Origin: Marinicella sp.
Lineage (GTDB): Bacteria > Pseudomonadota > Gammaproteobacteria > Xanthomonadales > Marinicellaceae
Assembly (NCBI GenBank): GCA_965230295.1
Contig: OZ246001.1
Location: 2,976,001-3,040,000 of the forward strand
DNA length: 64,000 nucleotides
Direction of reading: 5' to 3'
Below, piece by piece: positions 9,808 to 20,972 of this stretch. The translations under genes and the position numbers were made by a program. Below the pieces are notes generated by a model, which worked only from the letters and a program-made list of their open reading frames with translations, was not told the origin of the DNA and ran no database searches. Within the stretch, counting starts at the first letter, position 1. Every line of letters begins with the position of its first letter.

Positions 9808-11256
9808 ATGAATGATACTGAACAAAAAACAGACTTTATAGATGATTTAATTAAATATATTGTGGATTATATTTTCGAAAATAATTTACAGAGGCATGAA
9901 ATTCGTACGAGAGAACTGGCTAAAAAACACCTAAAGACTCGAGGGATTGTTGGTGGTCATATTTCTACATCATTAAAGGTTCCAGTAAAATTTATAGGTT
10001 TTAGTTTTCCAGAATTTCGTAAAATCGGGGAAGATGATTTTCAATATATTTTAACTAAGCTAAAGTTCCTTGAATTTGAGAATTGTGATTTTGACTGTAC
10101 TTCTCTGGTAAAGGTAAAAATTCCATGCTCCTTTAGAAGCTGTAAATTTACGAATGAATATGAACTATATAACCATGAGCCAGTGGAAAAAAATGGACTT
10201 CTTTATGATAAGTGTACTTTTGAAAAACCAGTTAATGTTCAAACAAGTAAATTAGGAGACTATAAATTTGTGATTTTTAAAGACTGCAAATTTAAATCAG
10301 ACCTAAAACTAACAAAAATAGTATCAGATTCACTAATTTTTGACTTATCCAGTAGTGATATTCAAATAAAGAGTCTATCAATTAGTGGCTCTGAATTTTC
10401 AAATAAATTTTATCTCAACAATGTTGAAAATAATTTAATAAAGAATGTTGATATTTCAAACTCAGTATTTAAGTCTAAATTTGAGTTTAAAAATAATGAT
10501 GTTGGGTCACTAGTTGTAATTGACACAAACTTTGAAAGTATTGCTGATTTTTTTGATACCAATTTTGAAAAGGCATATTTTGAAAAATGTATCATTGAAG
10601 ATTTTATTGGTTTTGAGAAATGTGAATTTGGTAAAAAAGAAAGTAGTGCTGGTGGTGAGAAGTCGCAATTTATTTATACTACTTTTAAAAATATACCAAA
10701 TTTTCGGAGCACAAAATTCTATTGTGGATTAGACATAGAAACTGCTAATTTTTTAGGAATGCCCAATTTTTTAAATTCTGAGGTGAGCCAACTAAATACA
10801 AATAGAGAGACTTTTAGAATCATTAAAAATTCTTTTGACAAAGTAGGAAATCATATTGAAGCAAATAAATTTTTTGTTTTGGAAATGAAAAAAAGGCGTG
10901 CTGAGTTAGAAAAAACAAAAGATTGGCAAGAAAAGTTTGTTTTTAAGTGGAATGATAGGCTCTCAGGGTTTGGTCAAAGCTATCTAAAGCCTTTTCTATG
11001 GTTAGTTTTAGCTATTGTTTTATTATGGATTTTGGATGTTGGTAAAACGCAAAATTGGATTTATATATTTGATGATAATACAAATAGTAATATTTCATTT
11101 GTTATAGAGAATATCAACAACATCGCAAAGTTGTTTTTACCATTTCAGAAATTTTTAATTGTGGGAATGGAAATGATAAGTTTAATTTTTTATGTAGCTT
11201 ATTTAGTACTCATTTGGCAAATAATAGTTGCAGTTAAAAGGCATACTAAAAGGTAG
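9808..11256 (+). CDS. AT-rich hypothetical protein with pentapeptide-like repeats and C-terminal transmembrane helices
   Basis: 482 aa ORF with recurring F-xx-[C/T]-x-F units and hydrophobic C-terminal segments; much lower GC than its neighbours. Confidence 0.7.
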   Translation: MNDTEQKTDFIDDLIKYIVDYIFENNLQRHEIRTRELAKKHLKTRGIVGGHISTSLKVPVKFIGFSFPEFRKIGEDDFQYILTKLKFLEFENCDFDCTSLVKVKIPCSFRSCKFTNEYELYNHEPVEKNGLLYDKCTFEKPVNVQTSKLGDYKFVIFKDCKFKSDLKLTKIVSDSLIFDLSSSDIQIKSLSISGSEFSNKFYLNNVENNLIKNVDISNSVFKSKFEFKNNDVGSLVVIDTNFESIADFFDTNFEKAYFEKCIIEDFIGFEKCEFGKKESSAGGEKSQFIYTTFKNIPNFRSTKFYCGLDIETANFLGMPNFLNSEVSQLNTNRETFRIIKNSFDKVGNHIEANKFFVLEMKKRRAELEKTKDWQEKFVFKWNDRLSGFGQSYLKPFLWLVLAIVLLWILDVGKTQNWIYIFDDNTNSNISFVIENINNIAKLFLPFQKFLIVGMEMISLIFYVAYLVLIWQIIVAVKRHTKR

Positions 11257-11350
11257 ACAATTTGATTAAATTAATAACTTATACTTCATTAACTTCATAA
11301 CCTTCAAGGTGAAAAAAATACTACATACAAAATAAAAAGAGGACAACAAT

Positions 11351-12220
11351 ATGGCAACACTGAAAGCAGGATTGATTCAAATGGCACTGAAGTCATCGAC
11401 CGACAATGACCCGGAAACCATCCGCAAGGCGATGATTGACGCCCACATTCCGTACATCGAACAAGCGGGGGAACAAGGTGTTCAGGTGTTGAGTTTTCAG
11501 GAGGTGTTCACCCAACCTTATTTTTGCCCCAGTCAGGACAATAAATGGTATGGCAGTGCTGAATCCATTCCTGATGGACCAACCACTCAGTTAATGATGG
11601 AATATGCAGCCAAATACAAAATGGTGATCGTGGTGCCCATTTATGAAAAAGACGCAGTCAGTGGGATTTATTACAACACCGCAGCAGTGATTGATGCAGA
11701 TGGCAGTTATCTGGGTAAATACCGCAAAACTCACATCCCACAAGTGGCTGGTTTCTGGGAAAAATTCTTTTTTAAGCCAGGTGCCTCTAATTGGCCAGTA
11801 TTTCAGACCCAATATTGTAAGTTAGGCGTATATATTTGTTATGACCGACACTTTCCCGAGGGGTGGCGTGCTTTGGCTTTGAATGGTGCTGAATACATCG
11901 TCAACCCATCTGCCACTGTCGCCGGCTTGTCTGAATACTTGTGGAAATTAGAGCAGCCGGCTGCAGCCGCTGCCAATGGCTGTTGGATTGGTGCCATTAA
12001 TCGTGTAGGAACCGAAGCGCCTTGGAACATCGGTGAGTTTTATGGACAAACCTATTTTGTCAACCCCAGGGGGCAGATTGAAAAAGAAGCCAGCCGCGAT
12101 CAGGATGAATTGATCACCCATGATTTGGACATGGACATGATTCAAGAAGTCAGGAACACCTGGCAGTTCTTCCGTGACAGGCGACCCAGCACTTATGGCA
12201 AATTAACCGATGGCGAGTAA
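11351..12220 (+). CDS. Beta-ureidopropionase, nitrilase (carbon-nitrogen hydrolase) superfamily
   Basis: E-K-C triad motifs FQEVF, YRKTHIP and ICYDRHFPE; context. Confidence 0.9.
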   Translation: MATLKAGLIQMALKSSTDNDPETIRKAMIDAHIPYIEQAGEQGVQVLSFQEVFTQPYFCPSQDNKWYGSAESIPDGPTTQLMMEYAAKYKMVIVVPIYEKDAVSGIYYNTAAVIDADGSYLGKYRKTHIPQVAGFWEKFFFKPGASNWPVFQTQYCKLGVYICYDRHFPEGWRALALNGAEYIVNPSATVAGLSEYLWKLEQPAAAAANGCWIGAINRVGTEAPWNIGEFYGQTYFVNPRGQIEKEASRDQDELITHDLDMDMIQEVRNTWQFFRDRRPSTYGKLTDGE

Positions 12221-12245
12221 TGCTTATTAAAAGACTCAATAGTGT

Positions 12246-12340
12246 TGTCATTCCGACTAAGCGAAGCGCATGGAGGAATCTCCTGAAGATAAATACCATC
12301 TTAGCTTTTAAGAGATCCTTCGACTGCGCTCAGGATGACA
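12246..12340. repeat. REP/REPIN-like palindromic intergenic element, copy B (inverted relative to copy A)
   Basis: TGTCATTCCG...TGGAGGAATCTC / GAGATCCTTCG...CTCAGGATGACA; arms are reverse complements of the copy A arms. Confidence 0.75.
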
Positions 12341-12379
12341 TTAATACTGACTTCGTGGGAATTCAAAACAGGTAAAAAT

Positions 12380-13822
12380 ATGAACAACGACACAATAAAC
12401 AGTAGAGCAGCTGACGATTTATACAACGAGGACTTGGCGCCTACGGATACAGCTTCAAGAACTTGGGACTGGAAGTCATATGCCGCACTGTGGGTAGCCA
12501 TGGTGGTCTGTGTACCGACTTATATGTTGGCTGGCGGTCTGGTGTCTGAAGGCATGTCCTGGTGGCAAGCGGTGATGACAGTTTTATTGGGCAATGTGAT
12601 CGTTTTGGTGCCAATGATGCTGATCGGCCATGCCGGTGCCAAGCATGGCATACCATTTCCTGTTTTACTGCGATCATCGTTTGGCACCAAGGGTGCTCGA
12701 ATTCCTGCTGTAGCTCGTGGTTTGGTGGCCTGCGGTTGGTTTGGGATCAATACCTGGGTGGGCGGATCAGCCATCTATGTCATCATCAACGCGTTAACCG
12801 GTGGCGCCATTACCGGTTCACCCTTGCCATTGCTGGGGATCGATGTGGGCCAGTTTGTTTCATTCATTGGCTTTTGGGCCATGCATTTGTATTTCATTAA
12901 GCACGGTACCGAAAGCATCCGCTGGTTAGAAACCTATGCTGCACCGTTCTTGATCCTTATGGGCTTGGTGTTGTTGGGTTGGGCTTATTACACCGCAGGT
13001 GGCTTTGGCGAAATGTTGTCTGCGCCCTCTCAGTTTGCCGCTGGTGGTGAGCGAGAAGGGCAGTTTTTTGGTGTGTTTGTCGCCAGCTTGACAGCGATGG
13101 TGGGATTTTGGGCGACCATGGCATTGAACATCCCTGATTTCACCCGCTTTGCCAAATCACAAAAAGATCAAATCATTGGACAAGCCATTGGCTTACCGCT
13201 ACCGATGGCTTTATTTGCCTTTATCAGCGTAGCGGTGACATCGGCTACTGTGACCATATACGGAGAGGCCATCTGGGATCCAGTGACTTTGGCCGGTAAA
13301 ATGGGGGGCATCGGCGTGATTGTGGCCCTGGCTGCTCTGGTGGTGGCGACTTTAACCACCAACTTGGCCGCCAACGTGGTGGCACCTGCCTATGGGTTTT
13401 CTAATCTGAATCCCAAGAAAATCAGTTTTAAAATGGGTGGCTACATCACAGCCGCCATTGGCATTGCCATTTTTCCATGGAAGCTGTTGGAGACGGCCGG
13501 CGGGTACTTGTTTGTGTGGCTGGTGGGCTATTCAGCCTTGTTGGGTCCTATTGCTGGTATTTTAATAGTGGATTATTTTTTGGTCAGAAAAAGCGAGCTT
13601 GATGCCGATGCTTTGTTCAGCCATGAAGGCCAGTATGGGGCCTGGAATTGGGCGGGTATGGTGGCATTGATACTTGGAATTTTGCCCAATTTACCTGGAT
13701 TTTTACATGCGGCAGGTGCCTTAGACAGTGTGCCAGCTGTGTTTGATACACTGTACAGTTATGCCTGGTTTGTGGGTTTATTGATTGCAGGTGTAGTGTA
13801 TATGGTGTTGAATAAGAAATGA
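12380..13822 (+). CDS. NCS1 family nucleobase:cation symporter
   Basis: LYNEDLAP, GIPFPV..RSSFG, ACGWFGI and LNIPDFTRF; start set at ATG 12380 because the ORF-track ATG 12335 lies inside the repeat. Confidence 0.92.
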   Translation: MNNDTINSRAADDLYNEDLAPTDTASRTWDWKSYAALWVAMVVCVPTYMLAGGLVSEGMSWWQAVMTVLLGNVIVLVPMMLIGHAGAKHGIPFPVLLRSSFGTKGARIPAVARGLVACGWFGINTWVGGSAIYVIINALTGGAITGSPLPLLGIDVGQFVSFIGFWAMHLYFIKHGTESIRWLETYAAPFLILMGLVLLGWAYYTAGGFGEMLSAPSQFAAGGEREGQFFGVFVASLTAMVGFWATMALNIPDFTRFAKSQKDQIIGQAIGLPLPMALFAFISVAVTSATVTIYGEAIWDPVTLAGKMGGIGVIVALAALVVATLTTNLAANVVAPAYGFSNLNPKKISFKMGGYITAAIGIAIFPWKLLETAGGYLFVWLVGYSALLGPIAGILIVDYFLVRKSELDADALFSHEGQYGAWNWAGMVALILGILPNLPGFLHAAGALDSVPAVFDTLYSYAWFVGLLIAGVVYMVLNKK

Positions 13823-13826
13823 ATGA

Positions 13827-15317
<1,491 letters not shown>

Positions 15318-15328
15318 GGTATAGTCAG

Positions 15329-15781
15329 GTGACAGACATGCATAAAGACGAGTTTCTCCAAGCAGCCATTGATGAAGCCAAGAAGGGTTTAGCGGCAGGC
15401 GGCATACCCATTGGGTCGGTGTTGGTCATAGATGGCAAAATCGTTGGAAGGGGGCACAACCAAAGGGTACAAAAAGGCAGTGCAGTGCTACATGCTGAGA
15501 TGGACTGTTTAGAGAATGCCGGTCGCATCAAAGCCGCTGACTACAAAAGAGCCGTCCTTTACTCCACCTTATCGCCTTGTGACATGTGCAGTGGCACCGT
15601 ATTGTTGTATGGCATTCCTAAAGTGATTGTGGGTGAAAATATAACCTTTCAGGGACCAGAAGCCTATGTCCGCTCAAGAGGTGTCGAAGTCAATGTAGTG
15701 AATGATGCTGAATGCATCGCCATGATGGAAAACTTCATCGAAGATCGACCTGAACTCTGGAATGAAGACATCGGCGAATAG
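15329..15781 (+). CDS. Cytosine deaminase, zinc CDA fold (yeast Fcy1-like)
   Basis: HAEMD and SPCDMC zinc motifs, C-terminal WNEDIGE. Confidence 0.88.
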   Translation: MTDMHKDEFLQAAIDEAKKGLAAGGIPIGSVLVIDGKIVGRGHNQRVQKGSAVLHAEMDCLENAGRIKAADYKRAVLYSTLSPCDMCSGTVLLYGIPKVIVGENITFQGPEAYVRSRGVEVNVVNDAECIAMMENFIEDRPELWNEDIGE

Positions 15782-15795
15782 TGAGGATTTCTTGG

Positions 15796-16674
15796 TTAAC
15801 CCCAATATTTCATCGAGTCAACGATCCGTAAATACGATTGATAACGACTTTCTCTGATTTCATTTTTTTTAACGGCCCCCATGATGGCACACTGAGGTTC
15901 ATGGATGTGGGTACAGTTACTGAATTTACATTGCCCCAGATAGGTTTGGAATTCACGGAAGCCGCCGGCAATTTCATGCGGTGTCATGATCCACAAGCCA
16001 TATTCCCATACGCCAGGAGAGTCAATGATCATGGCATTCAAGGGATCATCATGGTACATCTGGGTGACACTGGTGGTGTGAGCACCTTTACCTGTCTTGT
16101 CAGATAATTTACCTGTTTTGAGTTCAACTGAGGGCATCATGACACGGGTTATGGATGATTTACCGACCCCGGATTGACCAACGATCACAGTGGTTTTGTC
16201 TTTCAGTAAGGGTTTAATGGCCGCAATCGATGGTTCATCTTTTTTTGATGTTTTGAAGACCTGATAGCCCAGTTGCTCATATTGGTTGATGATGCTGATG
16301 AATACTCTGGAATCAATGTCCGATTTATTGAAGACCAAAATAGGTTCTATATTTTCCAGTTCGGCAGTCACTAAATAGCGATTTAAAATGTCACGGGTCG
16401 GTGAAGGCTTGACTGCCATGACAATCATGATTTGGTCAATGTTGGCTGCAATGTGTTGTTTGCGTCCGCGATTGTCAGCTCGACAAAAACTGTTGAATCG
16501 TTTTTCAATTTTCTTGATTTTATAGCCTGATTTTGAAGATTCAACGGTCACCACATCACCACAAATGGGTTTCAGCTTGCGTGCAAAGAAGGCATTGATG
16601 GTGCTGAAATCATCCAGATTCATCAAACTGGCTGTGGTTTTTTGGGTCGAGGTGACTCGATAAACATCTGTCAT
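15796..16674 (-). CDS. rsgA: Ribosome small subunit-dependent GTPase RsgA
   Basis: Circularly permuted GTPase motifs NKSD, GQSGVGKS, GAHTT and DSPG, plus CKFSNCTH..EP.C. Confidence 0.93.
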   Translation of the reverse strand: MTDVYRVTSTQKTTASLMNLDDFSTINAFFARKLKPICGDVVTVESSKSGYKIKKIEKRFNSFCRADNRGRKQHIAANIDQIMIVMAVKPSPTRDILNRYLVTAELENIEPILVFNKSDIDSRVFISIINQYEQLGYQVFKTSKKDEPSIAAIKPLLKDKTTVIVGQSGVGKSSITRVMMPSVELKTGKLSDKTGKGAHTTSVTQMYHDDPLNAMIIDSPGVWEYGLWIMTPHEIAGGFREFQTYLGQCKFSNCTHIHEPQCAIMGAVKKNEIRESRYQSYLRIVDSMKYWG

Positions 16675-16774
16675 GGCGACATGGTAACTGAATTACCGGA
16701 TTATTCCAACATGCAGGCTTTCCTTACGTTAAAATAAGCCTCATCAAAAATCGCAGCTATAAAAGGAATGTTCA

Positions 16775-17368
16775 ATGAGCAATAAGACTAATTTAATCTG
16801 GATTGACCTGGAAATGACCGGCTTGGATCCATTCAAAGACCGGGTTATTGAAATCGCCACCATTGTGACCAACCAGGAATTGGAGACCATCGCTGAAGGG
16901 CCTTGTATAGCCATCCACCAAGATGAAAAAGTTTTACATGCCATGGATGAATGGAATACGGAGCATCACAGCAATTCTGGCTTGTGGGATCGGGTGGTGA
17001 ATTCTGATGTTTCTGCCCGAGAAGCCGAACAACTGACCATTGAATTTTTACAAGAGCATGTTGACATCCATTCATCACCCATGTGTGGCAACAGTATTTG
17101 TCAGGATCGAAGGTTTTTGGCCAAATGGATGCCAAAACTGGAAAATTATTTTCATTACCGACAAATTGATGTCAGTTCAATCAAAGAGTTGATCAGACGC
17201 TGGAACCCACAGTTGTTGAACGGTTTCAGTAAAACAGGGCAGCATTTGGCTTTGGCAGACATTCAGGAATCAATCAAAGAGTTGCAATACTACCGTCAAT
17301 TCATGGGAGAAATTGGTGGTCAGGGGGGCGGACAAAAAAAACCACCAGGATTTACTGGTGGTCTATAA
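16775..17368 (+). CDS. orn: Oligoribonuclease
   Basis: [21 protein letters not shown] and HLALADI; divergent from rsgA as is usual. Confidence 0.96.
   Translation: MSNKTNLIWIDLEMTGLDPFKDRVIEIATIVTNQELETIAEGPCIAIHQDEKVLHAMDEWNTEHHSNSGLWDRVVNSDVSAREAEQLTIEFLQEHVDIHSSPMCGNSICQDRRFLAKWMPKLENYFHYRQIDVSSIKELIRRWNPQLLNGFSKTGQHLALADIQESIKELQYYRQFMGEIGGQGGGQKKPPGFTGGL
17334..17364 (-). terminator. Intrinsic terminator after pilH, overlapping the last codons of orn
   Basis: A-run followed by ACCACCAG-gattta-CTGGTGGT; the U-tract is on the minus strand. Confidence 0.65.
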
Positions 17369-17387
17369 ATCAGTTGTTATTTTTGGT

Positions 17388-17750
17388 TTATGACAGGTGA
17401 TTGTTAAGTACGTCTTTCAATGCTTTTTCAGTCACCGGCTTAACCAAGTATTCCTTGGCGCCTTGTCTCAGTCCCCACACGCGATCAGTTTCTAACTTTT
17501 TGGTGGTGACAATAATGATGGGAATGTGAGCTGTTCTTTCATCTTTGCTGATTTTTCTGGTGGCTTGGAAACCATTCAGATCTGGCATCACCACATCCAT
17601 TAAAATCAAGTCAGGCAGTTGCTCTCTTGCAATTTGTATCCCCTCTTTACCATCTTCTGTCAAAATGGTTTCATGACCCAGCTTCTCTACTATTTTTTGC
17701 ATGCCGTAGAGTTGCGAAGGTGAATCATCAATGATTAATATTCTTGCCAT
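17388..17750 (-). CDS. pilH: Single-domain response regulator, PilH-like
   Basis: ILIIDDS, LMDVVMP, NGFQATR and TDRVWGLRQGA. Confidence 0.85.
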   Translation of the reverse strand: MARILIIDDSPSQLYGMQKIVEKLGHETILTEDGKEGIQIAREQLPDLILMDVVMPDLNGFQATRKISKDERTAHIPIIIVTTKKLETDRVWGLRQGAKEYLVKPVTEKALKDVLNNHLS

Positions 17751-17969
17751 AAATTTTTCTTAGTTTTGACCTACGATTATCATAATGAATATTCTTGCTA
17801 AATGCAAAAAAATGTGAGCAATGAATGTACAGATTCATGTGATAAGAGTGTTTTGTTCACATAATTTGTAGTTACACCAAAAATTGTCACCGATTTTCCT
17901 GAGGCAATTTATACATCCATTCACAATGATGGTTTGGAGGCAGGATGAAAACTGTTTTTTATGCCTGGA

Positions 17970-18929
17970 TTACTGGCTTAATCCAATTTCCTTGAGCCGT
18001 TGATTCAAGAAATCCCTGGCTGTGATGTCAGGGTATTTGGCACCCGTTCCTTCGCATGAAGGGATGCAGCTAAGAACGGCATCCGGATGCGGGTGGCAGA
18101 AAAATGGCATCGAGTACCGGTCAGATACATCGTCTGTTGGGTTCACAACGCGGTGGGTGGTGGCAGGAATCACTTCATTGGCAATGCGAGATAACATGTC
18201 ACCTGAGTCCACCACAATTTGGCCAGGTGTACTTTCCACAGCCAGCCATTGGCCATCACGATCCAATAATTCTAAACCGCTGTCTGTGGCACCCACCAAA
18301 AGTGTGATCAGATTGATGTCTTCATGGGCGGCTGCACGTACGGAACCGGGTAATTCAAATTCAGTCATTGGCGGGTAGTGAATGGCCCTCAAAATGGAGT
18401 TGCCATCATGGGTCATTTTCTCAAAGTAATCTTTTGGGACGTCCAAGGCTGTTGCCAAGGACCTGAACATGGTCAGAGCGGTCCGATCTAGCTGTTCATA
18501 CAAAGCATATGTCTTGGACTGAAAATCAGCAATTTCTTCAGGCCACAAATTCTTGGGGTACTCTTTGGCCAAATGGTGGTCTGCCGAGATCTCTCTGCCC
18601 ACATGCCAAAATTCTTTCAAATCAGGGTTGGTGCTGTTTTTCGCATGTTCTTGCAGCCGTGGCACATAACCCCGTTTACCACCATCGTGGATGTTGTATT
18701 GTTGTTTGGTATCCAGAGGCAGTTTGAAAAATGATTTGAACACCTGATAACAATCGTCAACCAGGGAAAAGTCAAATTCATAAGGGTTTAATATGATGAA
18801 ACCATATTCAACCAAGCCGCCATAAAATTCATCGACAAATCGTTGTTTTTCTAATTCGGTTCCCGCCACATAATCTTGCAAATTGAGTTCTGGTACTTGC
18901 CTTTTGTCCTGGTTGTTGTTGGTGTTCAT
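17970..18929 (-). CDS. 2-oxoglutarate/Fe(II) dioxygenase, IPNS-like
   Basis: DLKEFWH, LRAIHYPP, HED, H(RV) and RYS motifs. Confidence 0.9.
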   Translation of the reverse strand: MNTNNNQDKRQVPELNLQDYVAGTELEKQRFVDEFYGGLVEYGFIILNPYEFDFSLVDDCYQVFKSFFKLPLDTKQQYNIHDGGKRGYVPRLQEHAKNSTNPDLKEFWHVGREISADHHLAKEYPKNLWPEEIADFQSKTYALYEQLDRTALTMFRSLATALDVPKDYFEKMTHDGNSILRAIHYPPMTEFELPGSVRAAAHEDINLITLLVGATDSGLELLDRDGQWLAVESTPGQIVVDSGDMLSRIANEVIPATTHRVVNPTDDVSDRYSMPFFCHPHPDAVLSCIPSCEGTGAKYPDITARDFLNQRLKEIGLSQ

Positions 18930-18943
18930 GGTTGTTAATCAGT

Positions 18944-20065
18944 TTAATTATTTAATGTTAGTTGAATGCTTTGTTGGTTGTTATCGGCCACCACTGAGGC
19001 GCTCTTGATGTCATTTTCAGCAGGGGTGGCGTTGCCTGTTAGGCTTAATTTGGCGGAAAACTTGACTTCGGAGAAGTCACTGAGTTTGCGGTTCGGGTTC
19101 AGGCTGTTTTGATCGCTGATGGTCACCGACATGGGCCATGAGAAAGGTGCTTGGATAGGAACCGCAGCAATCGGCATGGGTGGGCCATCGACTTCTTCAG
19201 CAAACACAAACAAACGGGCACTGACACCCAAATCAAGCTCTTTAACAGCCTCACTGGCATCGATCACAACAAAATACGCTGTACTCGCATCAACTTGACT
19301 GTCAGCCTCGGCTAAGGGTGGTTTATTGAGTCCTGCTCGGGCTTGGTTGATTTGTTTGTTGATGGTTGCACGGATGTTTGGGTTGTCAACCTGGATCAGT
19401 AACTCAGACCAAATATCTTCTGCTGCTTGGAACTGCTGTTTCTCATAATAAACAATGCCTTGAAGCCACATCCCTTTTTGGTTTTTGGGATCGATCTCTA
19501 ATGCTAGGACTAAATATTGTTCTGGTTCTCCCAAAAAACTACCGGTGTTGTTTTTGAATGCAATGGCTTCGGCCAGATCCGCCAGGATGTTGGCATTGGC
19601 TGGATCAAGGCTGCTGGCTTTGCGGTAGGCACCCACAGCGTATTCATATTGTTGTGTTGACATCATGGCCCTGGCATACAACAGTTGACCTTGCAGGTCA
19701 TCAGGATTGGTAGTCAACTTCTGTTCTAATTGACGGATGGCTGTGGCCAAATCGGGTACTTGTGCATCAGCTTCAGCCACTGAGACCCGTTGTTCGATGG
19801 GGATTTCATGGAACCAGACATAGTCAATCACAAAGGCTGTTGGTACAATCAATATGGCGACCCATAGGGTGGTGGTGAAATTGGGTTTGTGTTGGGTTAA
19901 TTGGCCCAAGACATCAGCATATTGTTGTTGTTCCTCTCCACTGCTGGAAGCAATTTTTTGCGTGAGCCATTGTTTTTCAGTCGCTTTGCCTTGACGTCGA
20001 TACCACAGGTAAAAAAGCAAAAGACTGAATATGGAAATGCCCGCATAAATCAGAAATTCATTCAT
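18944..20065 (-). CDS. ccmI: Cytochrome c maturation TPR protein, CcmI/CycH-like
   Basis: Two TM helices, TPR repeats and C-terminal GPPMPIAA; last gene of the ccm operon; start at ATG 20065. Confidence 0.8.
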   Translation of the reverse strand: MNEFLIYAGISIFSLLLFYLWYRRQGKATEKQWLTQKIASSSGEEQQQYADVLGQLTQHKPNFTTTLWVAILIVPTAFVIDYVWFHEIPIEQRVSVAEADAQVPDLATAIRQLEQKLTTNPDDLQGQLLYARAMMSTQQYEYAVGAYRKASSLDPANANILADLAEAIAFKNNTGSFLGEPEQYLVLALEIDPKNQKGMWLQGIVYYEKQQFQAAEDIWSELLIQVDNPNIRATINKQINQARAGLNKPPLAEADSQVDASTAYFVVIDASEAVKELDLGVSARLFVFAEEVDGPPMPIAAVPIQAPFSWPMSVTISDQNSLNPNRKLSDFSEVKFSAKLSLTGNATPAENDIKSASVVADNNQQSIQLTLNN

Positions 20066-20445
20066 GATTCTTTTTTCCTGATGTTGACATACAAAATAAC
20101 CCCACCCAATAAAAACACCACCAGAGGGGAAAACCACAAGAATATAGTGCTGGCGTTCAATGGAGGATCGTAATCAACAAAATCACCATAGCGCTCAATC
20201 ATATACTGTTTGATGGTTTCAGCGTCTTGTCCGGCTTTAACAAATTCGGCCACCTGGTCTTTTAAGTCAGTGGCCAAGCCGGCATCAGAATCAGCCAGGT
20301 TCTGATTTTGGCAGACCAAACAACGCAGCTCTTTGGTCAGTTGTTGAAACAAAGCTTCTTGTTCTGGGTTGTCAAATTCATAGACTTCGATCGCTGTTGC
20401 CAGTGATGTCATTAAAACCAAAGTCAGTCCAAGCAAATTTTTCAT
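20062..20445 (-). CDS. ccmH: Cytochrome c biogenesis protein CcmH (CycL)
   Basis: LRCLVCQNQ and RYGDFV motifs. Confidence 0.93.
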   Translation of the reverse strand: MKNLLGLTLVLMTSLATAIEVYEFDNPEQEALFQQLTKELRCLVCQNQNLADSDAGLATDLKDQVAEFVKAGQDAETIKQYMIERYGDFVDYDPPLNASTIFLWFSPLVVFLLGGVILYVNIRKKES

Positions 20446-20972
20446 AAGCGCATCTTATCAATCATGGGTAACAATTCCAGACGAATGTTATCTTCTGTCA
20501 AAACACCCGTAATTTTGTGTACGATGATACCATTGGCATCAATCAAAAAACTTTCAGGTGCACCATAAACACCTAAATTAATGGCAGTGTCTCCTTCGTA
20601 ATCCACCAAAATTTCATGGTATGGGTTGCCCCAGCGTTTGAGCCAGGCATCGGCATTTTGGGGTTCATCCTTCCAATTCAATCCCACCACTTTGATCTTG
20701 CCAGATTGGGCCAGGGCATTGACCAGTGGATGTTCGACTTGACAACTGGGGCACCAACTGCCAAATACATTGAGTAACCAAGGCTGCCCCTTAAAATCTT
20801 CTTGATTGAGGGTTCGGTTACTGTACAAGGTTTGATGTTCAAAAGCAGGAACCGGCTTCCCAATCAATGGTGAAGGCAGTATTTCGGTATGGGTTTGCAT
20901 GTTGATAGACAGCAAGACAATCAAGCCAATAAAGACAGACAGGGGTAACAGTGCAATCAGTACTTTTTTCAT
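20442..20972 (-). CDS. ccmG: Thiol:disulfide oxidoreductase CcmG/DsbE
   Basis: WCPSC and GVYGAPESF motifs. Confidence 0.93.
   Translation of the reverse strand: MKKVLIALLPLSVFIGLIVLLSINMQTHTEILPSPLIGKPVPAFEHQTLYSNRTLNQEDFKGQPWLLNVFGSWCPSCQVEHPLVNALAQSGKIKVVGLNWKDEPQNADAWLKRWGNPYHEILVDYEGDTAINLGVYGAPESFLIDANGIIVHKITGVLTEDNIRLELLPMIDKMRL

Noticed and set aside
12335-12379. N-terminal extension of the NCS1 permease in the ORF track
   Set aside because: That ATG is the ATGACA end of the palindromic repeat; ATG 12380 has the better RBS and a family-like start.
17320-17368. Unusual Gly-rich C-terminal tail of Orn ([17 protein letters not shown])
   Set aside because: It is explained by the reading frame running through the pilH terminator hairpin and is probably not functional.
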